From an uncultured Candidatus Rokubacteria bacterium (lineage in GTDB: Bacteria; Methylomirabilota; Methylomirabilia; Rokubacteriales; CSP1-6), in contig CAVWFS010000019.1 of assembly GCA_963754315.1 (NCBI GenBank), forward strand, positions 861,745-925,744: 64,000 nt of DNA, in the 5' to 3' direction. Shown piece by piece: positions 10,083 through 19,749 of this stretch (within the stretch, counting starts at the first letter, position 1; every line of letters starts with the position of its first letter). A model generated the notes under the pieces. It was not told the origin of the DNA and made no database searches. It saw only the letters and a list, made by a program, of their open reading frames with translations. The translations under genes were made by a program, and so were the position numbers.

Positions 10083-10937
10083 ATGCGCAACGCGCTCACC
10101 TTTGACGTCGAGGAGTACTTCCACGTGGAGGCATTCAAGGACATCATCGAGACCGACCGGTGGGCCAGCCTTGAGTCGCGGGTCGTGGCGAGCACACACC
10201 GGGTGCTCGATCTCCTCGAGGCGCGCCACGTGTCGGCGACGTTTTTTGTCCTCGGTTGGGTCGCCGACCGGCACCGGGCTCTCGTGCGCGAAATCCAGTC
10301 GCGAGGCCACGAGGTGGCTTGCCACAGCTACGCGCACCAGGTGATCTACACCATGGACCGTGAGGCTTTCCGGGCCGACGTACGCCGGGCGAAGCAAGCC
10401 CTCGAGGACGCGACGGGGGCCACGGTCCTAGGCTATCGGGCGCCCACGTTCTCTGTGGTGGAGCAGACGCTGTGGGCGCTCGAAGTCCTCGCCGAAGAGG
10501 GCTTTCGCTACGACTCGAGCATCTTCCCGATACGTCACGACCGTTATGGAATGTCCCAGGCGCCTCGCTTCCCGCACCGTGTGTCCTTGCCGAGCGGCGG
10601 AAGGATAGTGGAGTTCCCTGTGTCAACTATGAGGGTGGTAGGGCAGAACGTGCCCTTCTCGGGCGGGGGGTACTTTCGGGTAGCACCGTATCCTCTTGTC
10701 CGGGCTGCCTTACGCCATGTCAACCGGCGCGACCGGCTGGCAGCCATGGTCTATCTCCATCCTTGGGAGATGGACCCGGAGCAACCACGCTTTCCGGTCG
10801 GGGCGGTAGCACGCGTACGCCACTACGCCAACCTTGGCCAGACAGCCGCCAAGCTCGACCGCCTGCTTCAGGACTTCTCCTTCGCTCCGGCCTGTCAGGT
10901 GCTCGGCGAGCAGGGCTTCTGGGAGGTCACCGCGTGA
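10083..10937 (+). CDS. Polysaccharide deacetylase (XrtA-system type, DUF3473)
   Basis: NALTFDVEEYF, ATFFVLGWVA, GHEVACHSYAH, GYRAPTFS, GGGYFR, YLHPWEMDP. Confidence 0.9.
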   Translation: MRNALTFDVEEYFHVEAFKDIIETDRWASLESRVVASTHRVLDLLEARHVSATFFVLGWVADRHRALVREIQSRGHEVACHSYAHQVIYTMDREAFRADVRRAKQALEDATGATVLGYRAPTFSVVEQTLWALEVLAEEGFRYDSSIFPIRHDRYGMSQAPRFPHRVSLPSGGRIVEFPVSTMRVVGQNVPFSGGGYFRVAPYPLVRAALRHVNRRDRLAAMVYLHPWEMDPEQPRFPVGAVARVRHYANLGQTAAKLDRLLQDFSFAPACQVLGEQGFWEVTA

Positions 10938-12029
10938 ACATCGTCACCGTGGTGGGCGCCCGCCCGAACTTCGTGAAGATCGCCCCGATCATGGTCGAGT
11001 TGGGCCGCTGTCCGGAGCTATCTTCGATGTCTGATTCACACCGGTCAGCACTACGACGGGCCTATGTCCGAGCAGTTCTTCGCCGATCTCGACTATCCGG
11101 CCTCCCGACATCAACCTCGAGGTGGGCTCCGGCTCACACGCCGCTCAGATCGCCGAGGTCATGCGGGGCTCGAACCCGTGCTGGAGCGTCTGCGCCCTGA
11201 TATGGTGCTGGTGGTCGGAGACGTGAACTCGACATTCGCCGCGGCCATCATCGCGGTCAAGATGAGCATTCCCGTTGCCCACGTCGAAGCCGGTCTCCGA
11301 AGCTTCGATCGCACGCATGCCGGAGGAGATCAACAGGATCCTGACCGATGCTGTCGCGGACTGCTCTTCGCCACCGAGGAGACCGCGCAGACGCAACCTG
11401 GCCGCGGAGGGCGTCGCCCCAGAGCAGCATCCATTTCGTCGGCAACGTCATGATCGATACGCTCTTGCCGCTTCAAGACCAAGGCGTCGGCCTCACGAAT
11501 TCTCGAGGAGCTCGGCCTCGCCCACCGCGGATTCGTGGTGTTGACTCTACATCGTCCGAGCAACGTGGACAGTTCGGAGGCGCTGCAGCGCCTGCTCGGT
11601 GCCCTCGCCTGCATCGGCTCCGATGTGCCCATTGTCTTTCCGGTTCATCCAAGGACGTGGCCGCGGCTGAAACGAGCACAGTCGACGACGGCCATCGCCC
11701 GTGGCCTCAGGTTGATCGATCCACTGTCCTATCTCGACTTCATCAAGCTCATGAGCAGCGCTGTCTGCGTGCTGACCGACTCCGGCGGCATCCAGGAGGA
11801 AACCACGGCTCTCGGCATCCCCTGCCTGACCCTTCGCACCACCACGGAGCGACCGGTGACGACCACGTGCGGTACCAATCGAGTCGTGGGGCTCGACCCC
11901 GAGAGGATCGCGCGGGCATGGGATGAGGTCCGCGACGGACAATGGCCGCGCGGAAACATCCCGGAACTGTGGGACGGACGGACTGCCGAGCGAATTGTGC
12001 GCATTCTACGCGGGCGAGAGAGGAACTGA
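10934..12029 (+). CDS. wecB: UDP-N-acetylglucosamine 2-epimerase (non-hydrolysing); several frameshifts, probably sequencing errors
   Basis: Pieces in different frames: VVGARPNFVKIAP, VVGDVNST, HVEAGLRSFD, MPEEINR, VGNVMID, TLHRPSNVD, TDSGGIQEET, TTERP. Confidence 0.85.
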
Positions 12030-12038
12030 GAGCATCCG

Positions 12039-13061
12039 ATGGAAATCGTCGAACTTCGGGGGGAGACGCTGGAGTGGGATACTTTCGTGAGAACCTCCCC
12101 CGCTGGCAGTCCGTTTCACCTGGTGCGATGGCGACGCGCGGTCGAGGACGCCTTCGGGCATCGCGCGCATTACCTGATGGCCCGCGACGGTGGCCGTCTT
12201 GAGGGCATTCTTCCCCTCTTCGAGGTCACCGGGCTGCTGGGCGGTCGGGCCTTAATCTCTATCCCGTACGCTGTCTACGGCGGGCTATGCGCCAACTCGC
12301 CGGCCGCGGGCCGAGAGCTTCTGGAGGCCGCCACCGCCCTCGCCAGGGAGCGCAAAGCCGCCTACATCGAACTGCGCCAGCGGCAGGACCTCGGTCTCGA
12401 CCTTCCCACCAAAGCTCTCTACGTCACCTTCGTTCGTCAGATTTCGGACAGCGAGGAGGCCAACTTCCAGATCATTCCTCGCAAGCAGCGGCGAATGGTT
12501 CGTCAAGGGGCCAAGCACGGGCTGCGCGTGGAAATCAGCCCGGATCACTTTGACGCCTTCTATGACATCTACGCGCGTAGCCTGCACAACCTTGGCTCAC
12601 CCGTGTTCCCCCGCGCGCTGCTGCGCGGTGTTCTCGCCCACTTCGATAAGGACTGCGACCTCCTTACCGTCTGGCATGGAAATCGCATGGTTGCGGGTGT
12701 CATGAGCCTCTACTACGAGGACGCAGTGATGCCCTACTACGGGGGCGCGAGGCAGGAGGCGTTCACATACGCCGTCAACGACTTCATGTATTGGGAGCTG
12801 ATGTGCCATGCCGCCAGGCGGGGCTGCCGTCTCTTCGACTTCGGCCGAAGCCGCGAGGGGACGGGCCCCTACCACTTCAAGCGACACTGGGGCTTCGAGC
12901 CAGCTCCTCTTCCCTACCAATACGTCATGCTGCGCGAGGGTGCCTTGCCCAACCTCAGCCCGTCTAATCCCAGGTTCCAGCTCGCCACTCGTGTGTGGAA
13001 ACGGTTACCCCTCTCGGTCACCAAGGCCGTGGGCCCCCTCCTCGCCCGCCACCTACCATAA
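12039..13061 (+). CDS. FemAB-like protein, exosortase/PEP-CTERM-system associated
   Basis: SIPYAVYGG, IPRKQRRMVR, LGSPVFP, PYYGG, NDFMYWELM, FDFGRS, FKRHWGF. Confidence 0.9.
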   Translation: MEIVELRGETLEWDTFVRTSPAGSPFHLVRWRRAVEDAFGHRAHYLMARDGGRLEGILPLFEVTGLLGGRALISIPYAVYGGLCANSPAAGRELLEAATALARERKAAYIELRQRQDLGLDLPTKALYVTFVRQISDSEEANFQIIPRKQRRMVRQGAKHGLRVEISPDHFDAFYDIYARSLHNLGSPVFPRALLRGVLAHFDKDCDLLTVWHGNRMVAGVMSLYYEDAVMPYYGGARQEAFTYAVNDFMYWELMCHAARRGCRLFDFGRSREGTGPYHFKRHWGFEPAPLPYQYVMLREGALPNLSPSNPRFQLATRVWKRLPLSVTKAVGPLLARHLP

Positions 13062-13147
13062 GCCGTGCGGATCCGCGCGCTCGCCAATCGTTCGCTGTTC
13101 GCTGTCGGGGTCGTAGCCGCCTTGCCTGTAGCCATCGAGCTGCCATC

Positions 13148-14254
13148 ATGAAGGTTCGATTCATCACCTCGCTACGCGAGTTCGACGCCCTGGCGCCGAT
13201 CTGGCAAGAGATCACGCGGGCCAGCGGGCAGACATCGCCCTTCGTGAGCCACGACTGGTTTGCGTGCTGCTGGAGGGCGGCCGGACCCAACCGCCACCGA
13301 GAAGTCTGGCTTCTCGAGGATGCTGCGGGCCCCGTCGCGCTAATTCCGCTGGTCAAGCTGAGGAGTCGTACACGCGGTTTAAGCGTGCGAACGATCCGTC
13401 TCCTCGATTCTCCCGATACGCCCTTCGTGGACTTCCCGGTCGCCCGAGGGATCGACGAGGTTATGTCGGTGTTTCTCGACTCGCTTCGACAGCGGCGGGA
13501 CTGGGACGTCTTTTCGATCAGTAAGCTGCCCATCCATTCCATGCTTTATAAGGTTCTGGAGGCGACCCTACCCGGGCAATTTCCATGGCGGATTGCCGGC
13601 AGAGAGCAGTCCCCCCACCTGGCGATCTCCGGCACGTGGGACGATTTCTTACGGCAGAAGAGTCCGCGTTTCCGAAAGACGTTCCGCAACGTCGAGAACC
13701 GGATGGATCGCAGCGGCAAGGTCGCGATCGAAGAGCATCGCGAGGTCGATCCTGATGGGCCGGCCTTCGCCGATGCGCTGGAGGTCTCGCATCAGAGCTG
13801 GAAAGGGCCGAGCGGGGTGGCCATGGCGACGATGGAGGGTATGCCGCGCTTCTTCCGCGAACTCACTCGGCGGGCCAGCGCCAACGGTTGGCTCCATCTC
13901 TGGATGCTTCGGCTCGACGGGCGTCCCATCGCCACCGAGTATCAGATCGGCGCTGGAGGCAGCCTCCACGCCCTCCGGGCCGATTTCGACGCCGCCTTCG
14001 CCGACTTATCGCCGGGGGCATTCCTCAATGGCTGCATCGTGAAGACACTCTTTCAGCGACGGACCGTCCACGAATACGATATGGGCCCGGGCACCAACGA
14101 GTACAAACTGCGGTGGGCAAGCGGGACCCACGAAGCGGTTGGCATGGAGATCAACGCACCAACTCCGTATGGGCGCCTATTGCACAAGGTTGAAACGTGC
14201 CTGGTTCCCGCTGCTCGACGGTGGCGCGATCGCCTGGGTCAGGCATGCGGCTGA
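13148..14254 (+). CDS. GNAT-family acyltransferase (CelD/BcsL-like)
   Basis: SPFVSHDW, GTWDDFL, LRLDGRPIA, LSPGAFL, YDMGPGTNEYKLRW. Confidence 0.85.
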   Translation: MKVRFITSLREFDALAPIWQEITRASGQTSPFVSHDWFACCWRAAGPNRHREVWLLEDAAGPVALIPLVKLRSRTRGLSVRTIRLLDSPDTPFVDFPVARGIDEVMSVFLDSLRQRRDWDVFSISKLPIHSMLYKVLEATLPGQFPWRIAGREQSPHLAISGTWDDFLRQKSPRFRKTFRNVENRMDRSGKVAIEEHREVDPDGPAFADALEVSHQSWKGPSGVAMATMEGMPRFFRELTRRASANGWLHLWMLRLDGRPIATEYQIGAGGSLHALRADFDAAFADLSPGAFLNGCIVKTLFQRRTVHEYDMGPGTNEYKLRWASGTHEAVGMEINAPTPYGRLLHKVETCLVPAARRWRDRLGQACG

Positions 14255-16104
14255 TTGGTGGACTCGTCAACTGGGACAACCAGCGGCCGGTAGGCCAGTC
14301 GAGGCTACGGGCGATGGCGACGGCTGGCGCGCCCGGGGCAGAATCAACTGCCCGGGTCGGCCTCAACGGATCCATGGGACTCTTCAGTGTCCTTGGCCAC
14401 TCGAGTCTGGATGACGCGTCCGATATACAGTGGGTCGCTGATCTCGACCTGACCAACCTCGACGAGCTGAGAGCCCTGGCCCAGCCGCCGACCGGGAACG
14501 GCGGCTGGCTAGCCGCCCTTTGGCAGCGCGAAGGGCCGCGCTTCGTCCGCCGCCTCCGTGGAGCCTTCGCACTCGCCCTATGGGATGAGCGTCGGCGGAC
14601 CTTGCTTTTGGCCGTCGACCATCTCGGCATACGGCGGCTTCACTACGCGACCGACCATCGCCGGACGGCCTTTGCATCCCGTCCAACCGCTGTACTGCGA
14701 GAGGCGGATATCGACCGCAGCGTGGATCTGACGGCTATCTACAACTACTTAAACTTCGGGTATATCCCCGCCCCCGGCAGCGCCTTCCGGCACGCGCATC
14801 GTCTCCCGCCGGGCCATCTCCTCCTCGTCCACGACAGCCACGTCACCCTCGAACAGTACTGGGATGTGGCCTTCGAGAAGCGTTCTCTCCACGAGGGTGA
14901 GACGGCCGGGCAGCTGTACCACTTGACAGAGCACGCGGTTCGCACGGCGGTCGGCGGGACCGACTCGCAGGAGCTCGGCGCCTTTCTGAGCGGCGGAACC
15001 GACAGCAGCACGGTGGTGGGTCTCATGACCGCCATCTCCGGTGCCAAGGTCAAGACCTTTTCGATTGGTTTCGGAGAGGAACGTTATAATGAATTGTCCT
15101 ATGCCGAGCTGACGGCGAATCATTTCGGGACCGCCCACCATACCCATATCGTCACTCCGCAGGAGGCGTTCAAGCTCCTGCCGGTGCTGGTCGAAGCGTA
15201 TGATGAACCGTTCGGGAACAGCTCGGCCATCGGCACCCTCGTGTGTGCCGAACTTGCGCGCGACTTCGGGATACGGATGTTGCTCGCGGGCGACGGTGGC
15301 GACGAGATCTTCGGTGGGAACGAGCGCTACCGCACAGATCGGATCTTCGCGCGCTATGCTCATATGCCGTCGATCTTCCGGCGCCAGATATTCGAGCCGA
15401 TTCTCTTCCGCCTACCGGCCGGCGACCACGGGCTGGTGAGGCGTGCTCAACGTTACGTTCGGCGGGCCAGCATGCCGAACCCGCGGCGCTTCTACTCGTA
15501 TGAATTCTTCTTCGCGCAACAGGTCAACGATCTGCTCGATCCGGCCTTCTGCGCTGCTCTCGATGTCGAGGCACCCTGGAATATCCTCGAGGGACACTAC
15601 GCGCGCACGGGCACCAGCGAGGAGCTGAATCGGCTGCTCTACCTGGACCTCAAGCTCACCATCGGTGACAACGACCTCCTGAAGGTCACGCGCACATGCG
15701 AGTTGGCCTCGGTAGGTGTCCGCTTCCCCCTCCTCGACCTTGCCCTCGTCGATTTCACCGGAACGTGGCCGGCACGCTTCAAGGTTCGCGGCCTGGAGAA
15801 GCGTTACCTCTTCAAAAAGACCTTCGCCAAGCTGCTCCCCGCGGCCACCCTGGCTAAGAAAAAGCACGGCTTCGGTGTGCCGACGAGCGCGTGGCTCAAG
15901 GGCGAGCCTGAGTTCATCGCGCTCGCCCGTGACACCCTCCTCAGCTCCCGATGCCGACAACGCGGCTATTTTCGTCAGGGGGCCCTTGAGCATCTCTTCC
16001 AATGTCAGCAGGCTGACGTCACGCCGTACTACGGAAGCATCCTGTGGACGGTATTGATGCTCGAACTCTGGCATCAGCGGCACGTCGACCCGGTGGCGGC
16101 ATGA
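14245..16104 (+). CDS. Asparagine-synthase-like protein lacking the N-terminal glutaminase Cys
   Basis: LRGAFALALWD, FLSGGTDSS, YDEPFGNSS, AGDGGDEIFGG, KKHGFGVP. Starts MRLIGG, not MCGI. Confidence 0.85.
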   Translation: MRLIGGLVNWDNQRPVGQSRLRAMATAGAPGAESTARVGLNGSMGLFSVLGHSSLDDASDIQWVADLDLTNLDELRALAQPPTGNGGWLAALWQREGPRFVRRLRGAFALALWDERRRTLLLAVDHLGIRRLHYATDHRRTAFASRPTAVLREADIDRSVDLTAIYNYLNFGYIPAPGSAFRHAHRLPPGHLLLVHDSHVTLEQYWDVAFEKRSLHEGETAGQLYHLTEHAVRTAVGGTDSQELGAFLSGGTDSSTVVGLMTAISGAKVKTFSIGFGEERYNELSYAELTANHFGTAHHTHIVTPQEAFKLLPVLVEAYDEPFGNSSAIGTLVCAELARDFGIRMLLAGDGGDEIFGGNERYRTDRIFARYAHMPSIFRRQIFEPILFRLPAGDHGLVRRAQRYVRRASMPNPRRFYSYEFFFAQQVNDLLDPAFCAALDVEAPWNILEGHYARTGTSEELNRLLYLDLKLTIGDNDLLKVTRTCELASVGVRFPLLDLALVDFTGTWPARFKVRGLEKRYLFKKTFAKLLPAATLAKKKHGFGVPTSAWLKGEPEFIALARDTLLSSRCRQRGYFRQGALEHLFQCQQADVTPYYGSILWTVLMLELWHQRHVDPVAA

Positions 16105-17126
16105 GCTCGGCCCAGCCCTCGCCGCTCACACGCTGGGTGGCGGCCGGTCTGTACCATAGCCGATTGATGTCTCCCCTGTCCCGGGCGGTCGGATTGGCTG
16201 CCCGTCCCCCCGCCTTCCAGATTCTCACCTTTCACCGGGTTAACGATGAGCATGATCCCTTTTTCGAGTCGGTCCCCACCCGGGTGTTCGAGCAACGCAT
16301 GGCCTATCTGGCCGAGACGTGCCACGTGCTGACCGTCGAACAACTGGTCAAGCGCGCACGGGCCGGGAACCTTCCCTCCAATGCGGTCGCGATCACGTTC
16401 GACGATGGCTATCGGGACAATCTGACGCACGGGGCGCCGATTCTCGTACGGCTGGGCCTCCCTGCCACCATTTTCCTGGCCACAGGGTTCATTGGGACCA
16501 CCGCCGTCGCCTGGTCCGACCGGGTGGCGATGGCCTTCAAGCTGACCACCCGCGAGTCGCTGATGACGCCCTGGCGAAAGATCGTCAGCCTTACCAGTCA
16601 GACCGACCGGCTGCGCGCCCTCGCGCAGACGATCGCGTTCCTCAAGCAACAGCCCGATGACGAGCTTCGCGTCACCGTCGATCGTTTGCTCGAGACCCTG
16701 GGGGTGACCGATCAGAAGCCGCTCAAGGATCTCATGCTCACCTGGGACGACGTGAACGCGCTGGTGGGATTGGGCTTCTCAATCGGGGCCCACACCGTCA
16801 ATCACCCGATTCTCTCGCGTGTCAGCGCTCAGCGGGCCCGCACCGAAATCATGGGCTCCCGTCAGATCATCGAATCAGCGTGCGGCCAAGCCCCCACGTC
16901 ATTTGCCTACCCCAACGGCACCGCCGACGATTATACGCAGACGGTCACGCATCTGGTACGCGAGGCCGGATTCACGTCAGCCGTCACCACCCGATTCGGA
17001 CTCAACACGGCCAGCACCTCGCCATTCGAGCTCAGGCGAGGCGGGCCGTGGGAGGAAGACCTCCCGACCTTTGCCCTGAAGCTCGCAGGATATCGGCTGC
17101 TCGGGGCTCGCGCGAACGTCTCATGA
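16101..17126 (+). CDS. Polysaccharide deacetylase (NodB domain)
   Basis: ILTFHRV, AITFDDGYRDN, IGAHTVNHP, FAYPNG. Confidence 0.9.
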   Translation: MSSAQPSPLTRWVAAGLYHSRLMSPLSRAVGLAARPPAFQILTFHRVNDEHDPFFESVPTRVFEQRMAYLAETCHVLTVEQLVKRARAGNLPSNAVAITFDDGYRDNLTHGAPILVRLGLPATIFLATGFIGTTAVAWSDRVAMAFKLTTRESLMTPWRKIVSLTSQTDRLRALAQTIAFLKQQPDDELRVTVDRLLETLGVTDQKPLKDLMLTWDDVNALVGLGFSIGAHTVNHPILSRVSAQRARTEIMGSRQIIESACGQAPTSFAYPNGTADDYTQTVTHLVREAGFTSAVTTRFGLNTASTSPFELRRGGPWEEDLPTFALKLAGYRLLGARANVS

Positions 17127-18421
17127 AGCGCGTCCTCATGGTCGCCTATCACTTTCCGCCTGAAGCGAGTAGTAGCGGAGTGCTCAGGACCCTCAAGTTC
17201 GGAAAGTATCTGCCCAGCTTCGGGTGGACACCTCATATTCTCACTCTCTGCGAATCTGCCTATCGAGTGCGTGACGAGCAACTCCTCGCCCAGATCCCAC
17301 CGACGGCGGTGATCCATCGCGTGCGCGGCTTCGACGCTACCCGCCACCTCGCCATCCAAGGTCGCTACCCGGCCGCCCTCACCGTGCCCGATCGATTCGT
17401 GAGCTGGCTGCCCTTCGGCGCCGCCAAGGGACTCGGCGTGATTCGGTCGATGGGCATCCACGCCCTCTATTCGACGAGCCCCTTGCCCACCGCGCACCTC
17501 ATCGCGGCCGTGCTTAGAACGCGGACGGGGATCCCCTGGATTGCCGACTTCAGGGATCCTTGGATCGAGGAAGGGCTCTATCCCCGACCCGGCTCTCTGC
17601 GCAACTGGGTCGAAAGGCGGCTGGAACGCATCGTGATAAGCCAGGCCGACCGGATTACCGTGACGACCCCGCTCTTTCGGGAGGAACTCGCGCGGCGCTA
17701 TCCTCAGCTGCCGCCTGAGAAGATCCGGGTCGTCTTCAATGGGTACGACGAGGAAGACTTCGAGGGGATCAAAGCCACCCCTCGCACGGATCGTTTCGAG
17801 ATCCTGCACGCGGGGCTGGTCACGCCGGACTATCGGGACCCGCGACCGCTCCTGGACGCGGTGGCGAGCCTAATCGGCGGCGGCCATCTGCCGGCGGACG
17901 ACGTGAGGGTCGCCTTTCTCGGAGGCGGCCCCTACCTCGACGCGCCTGCCTTCCGCCAAGTCCTCCAGCAGCGGGGACTAGACCGGGTCGTTGACGTGAC
18001 TGGTCGCGTGTCCTATGAGGAGTCTCTCGTGCGCATGGGCCAGGCTTCGGTCCTCCTTCTGCTGCAGGCCTCCGATGACACTCGATCGTTGATCCCCGCC
18101 AAAGCGTTCGAGTATCTCCGGGCTGGGAGGCCACTGCTGGCCCTCACCTCCGACGGAATGACGGCCGAATTACTGCGCACCACCGGGCGGGGCATCGTTG
18201 TCCCGCCCGGGAACAGCGAGTCGATCGCGCGCGTCCTACTCGATTTGTACGCGCAGCACCGTGATACCGACCGGCACGACACGGTCGCCGACCCGGGCAA
18301 GGTCGACATCTCGCGCTACGAACGGCGATTTCTGACTGGCGAGCTCGCCCACTTGCTCGATGAAGTCATCGGCGCCGAAGATGTGGCCGCCACGCCATCC
18401 GGCCGCGTCCAGATGGCCTGA
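17123..18421 (+). CDS. Glycosyltransferase family 4
   Basis: VLMVAYHFPP..SGVLR, PWIADFRDPW, NGYDEEDF, IPAKAFEYL. Confidence 0.9.
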   Translation: MKRVLMVAYHFPPEASSSGVLRTLKFGKYLPSFGWTPHILTLCESAYRVRDEQLLAQIPPTAVIHRVRGFDATRHLAIQGRYPAALTVPDRFVSWLPFGAAKGLGVIRSMGIHALYSTSPLPTAHLIAAVLRTRTGIPWIADFRDPWIEEGLYPRPGSLRNWVERRLERIVISQADRITVTTPLFREELARRYPQLPPEKIRVVFNGYDEEDFEGIKATPRTDRFEILHAGLVTPDYRDPRPLLDAVASLIGGGHLPADDVRVAFLGGGPYLDAPAFRQVLQQRGLDRVVDVTGRVSYEESLVRMGQASVLLLLQASDDTRSLIPAKAFEYLRAGRPLLALTSDGMTAELLRTTGRGIVVPPGNSESIARVLLDLYAQHRDTDRHDTVADPGKVDISRYERRFLTGELAHLLDEVIGAEDVAATPSGRVQMA

Positions 18422-19746
18422 TGCGCGACATCGTCCTGACTGCCTTCGTGTTCGCCATGCTGCCGGTCTGCCTGGTCCGTCCTTGGATCGGCATCTTGAT
18501 GTGGTCGTGGCTCGGCTACATGAACCCTCACCGGTTGACGTGGGGGTTTGCCTTCACCATGCCGTTTGCCCAGCTGATTGCTGTCACCACGCTGATTGGC
18601 TTCGTATTCACGAAGGCGCGCGCACCGCTCCCTCGTGTACGTGAGATCTATCTCCTTCTTGGTCTGTGGGCGGTGTTCACGGTATCGACCCAGTTCGCCC
18701 TTTATCCTGAGAGCGCCTGGGATCAGCTGACCAAGGTGTCGAAGATCTTCTTCATGACTCTGATCACCATATCCCTCTGCCAGGAATCCCGCAAAGTCCA
18801 CGCCCTCGTCTGGGTCATCGCGATGTCTCTGGGCTTCTTCGGCCTCAAGGGAGGCATCTGGGCGGTGCTCACCGGCGCCGAGAACCAGGTCCTGGGTCCC
18901 GCCGGCTCCTTCATCGAAGGCAATACCGAGATCGGCCTGGCGTTGGTCATGAATTTGCCCCTCCTCCTCTACGTTCGGCGCGAGGAGAAGCGCGGCTGGC
19001 TGCGCCTCCTGCTCATAATCATGTTCGGTTTCTCCACGATCGCTATTGTCGGCACCTATTCACGGGGCGCGCTGCTGGGACTGCTGGTTGTCCTGGCGGT
19101 GCTCGTTCTGAAGAGCCGGGCGAGGGTCCTGGCGGTCGTCTTGCTCCTCGTCGGCATCCTCCTTGTGACCCCGATGATCCCCGAGAAGTGGTTCGCGAGG
19201 ATGGACACCATCAACACGTATGAGCAGGACGGATCGGCCATGGCCCGGCTGACGGTCTGGTACGCCGCCTGGCAACTCGGTCTCGAGCACCCAATGCTAG
19301 GAGGGGGCTTCAAGACGTTTGACAAGGCCGTCATCAACAAGTACGTGCCGGAGTGGAACCTGGACACCGACGCGCACAACATCTTCTTCCAGATTCTCGG
19401 CGAACATGGGTTTACTGGTCTCGCACTCTATCTAGCCCTCACGATCTCAACGCTGCTCAGCCTGCGTCGTCTGGAACGCCGTACCCGTCATGAACCAACT
19501 CTGAGCCGGATTCACAACCTCAGCCAGCTCGTACAGGTCAGTCTGGTCGGTTACATGGTGAGCGGGTTTTTCCTCGGTCTCTGCTATTTCGACCTCTTCT
19601 ATCACCTTGTCGCCATCACCATCATCCTTAAGCAGCTGGCGTTGGCCGGTGAACGGGTGCCGACGGCGCTAGCCACCGAGGCACCTCCCACGTCGCTCGT
19701 GCGGCGCCCTAGCCCTTGGGGCCGGCCCGCGCTGGGGAGCGGTTGA
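18421..19746 (+). CDS. Putative O-glycosylation ligase / Wzy-like polymerase (exosortase-A-associated type)
   Basis: MRD start, MNPHRLTWGFA, many TM helices, TYSRGA, SAMARL..W, AHNIFFQILGEHGFTGL. Confidence 0.85.
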   Translation: MRDIVLTAFVFAMLPVCLVRPWIGILMWSWLGYMNPHRLTWGFAFTMPFAQLIAVTTLIGFVFTKARAPLPRVREIYLLLGLWAVFTVSTQFALYPESAWDQLTKVSKIFFMTLITISLCQESRKVHALVWVIAMSLGFFGLKGGIWAVLTGAENQVLGPAGSFIEGNTEIGLALVMNLPLLLYVRREEKRGWLRLLLIIMFGFSTIAIVGTYSRGALLGLLVVLAVLVLKSRARVLAVVLLLVGILLVTPMIPEKWFARMDTINTYEQDGSAMARLTVWYAAWQLGLEHPMLGGGFKTFDKAVINKYVPEWNLDTDAHNIFFQILGEHGFTGLALYLALTISTLLSLRRLERRTRHEPTLSRIHNLSQLVQVSLVGYMVSGFFLGLCYFDLFYHLVAITIILKQLALAGERVPTALATEAPPTSLVRRPSPWGRPALGSG

Positions 19747-19749
19747 TAT

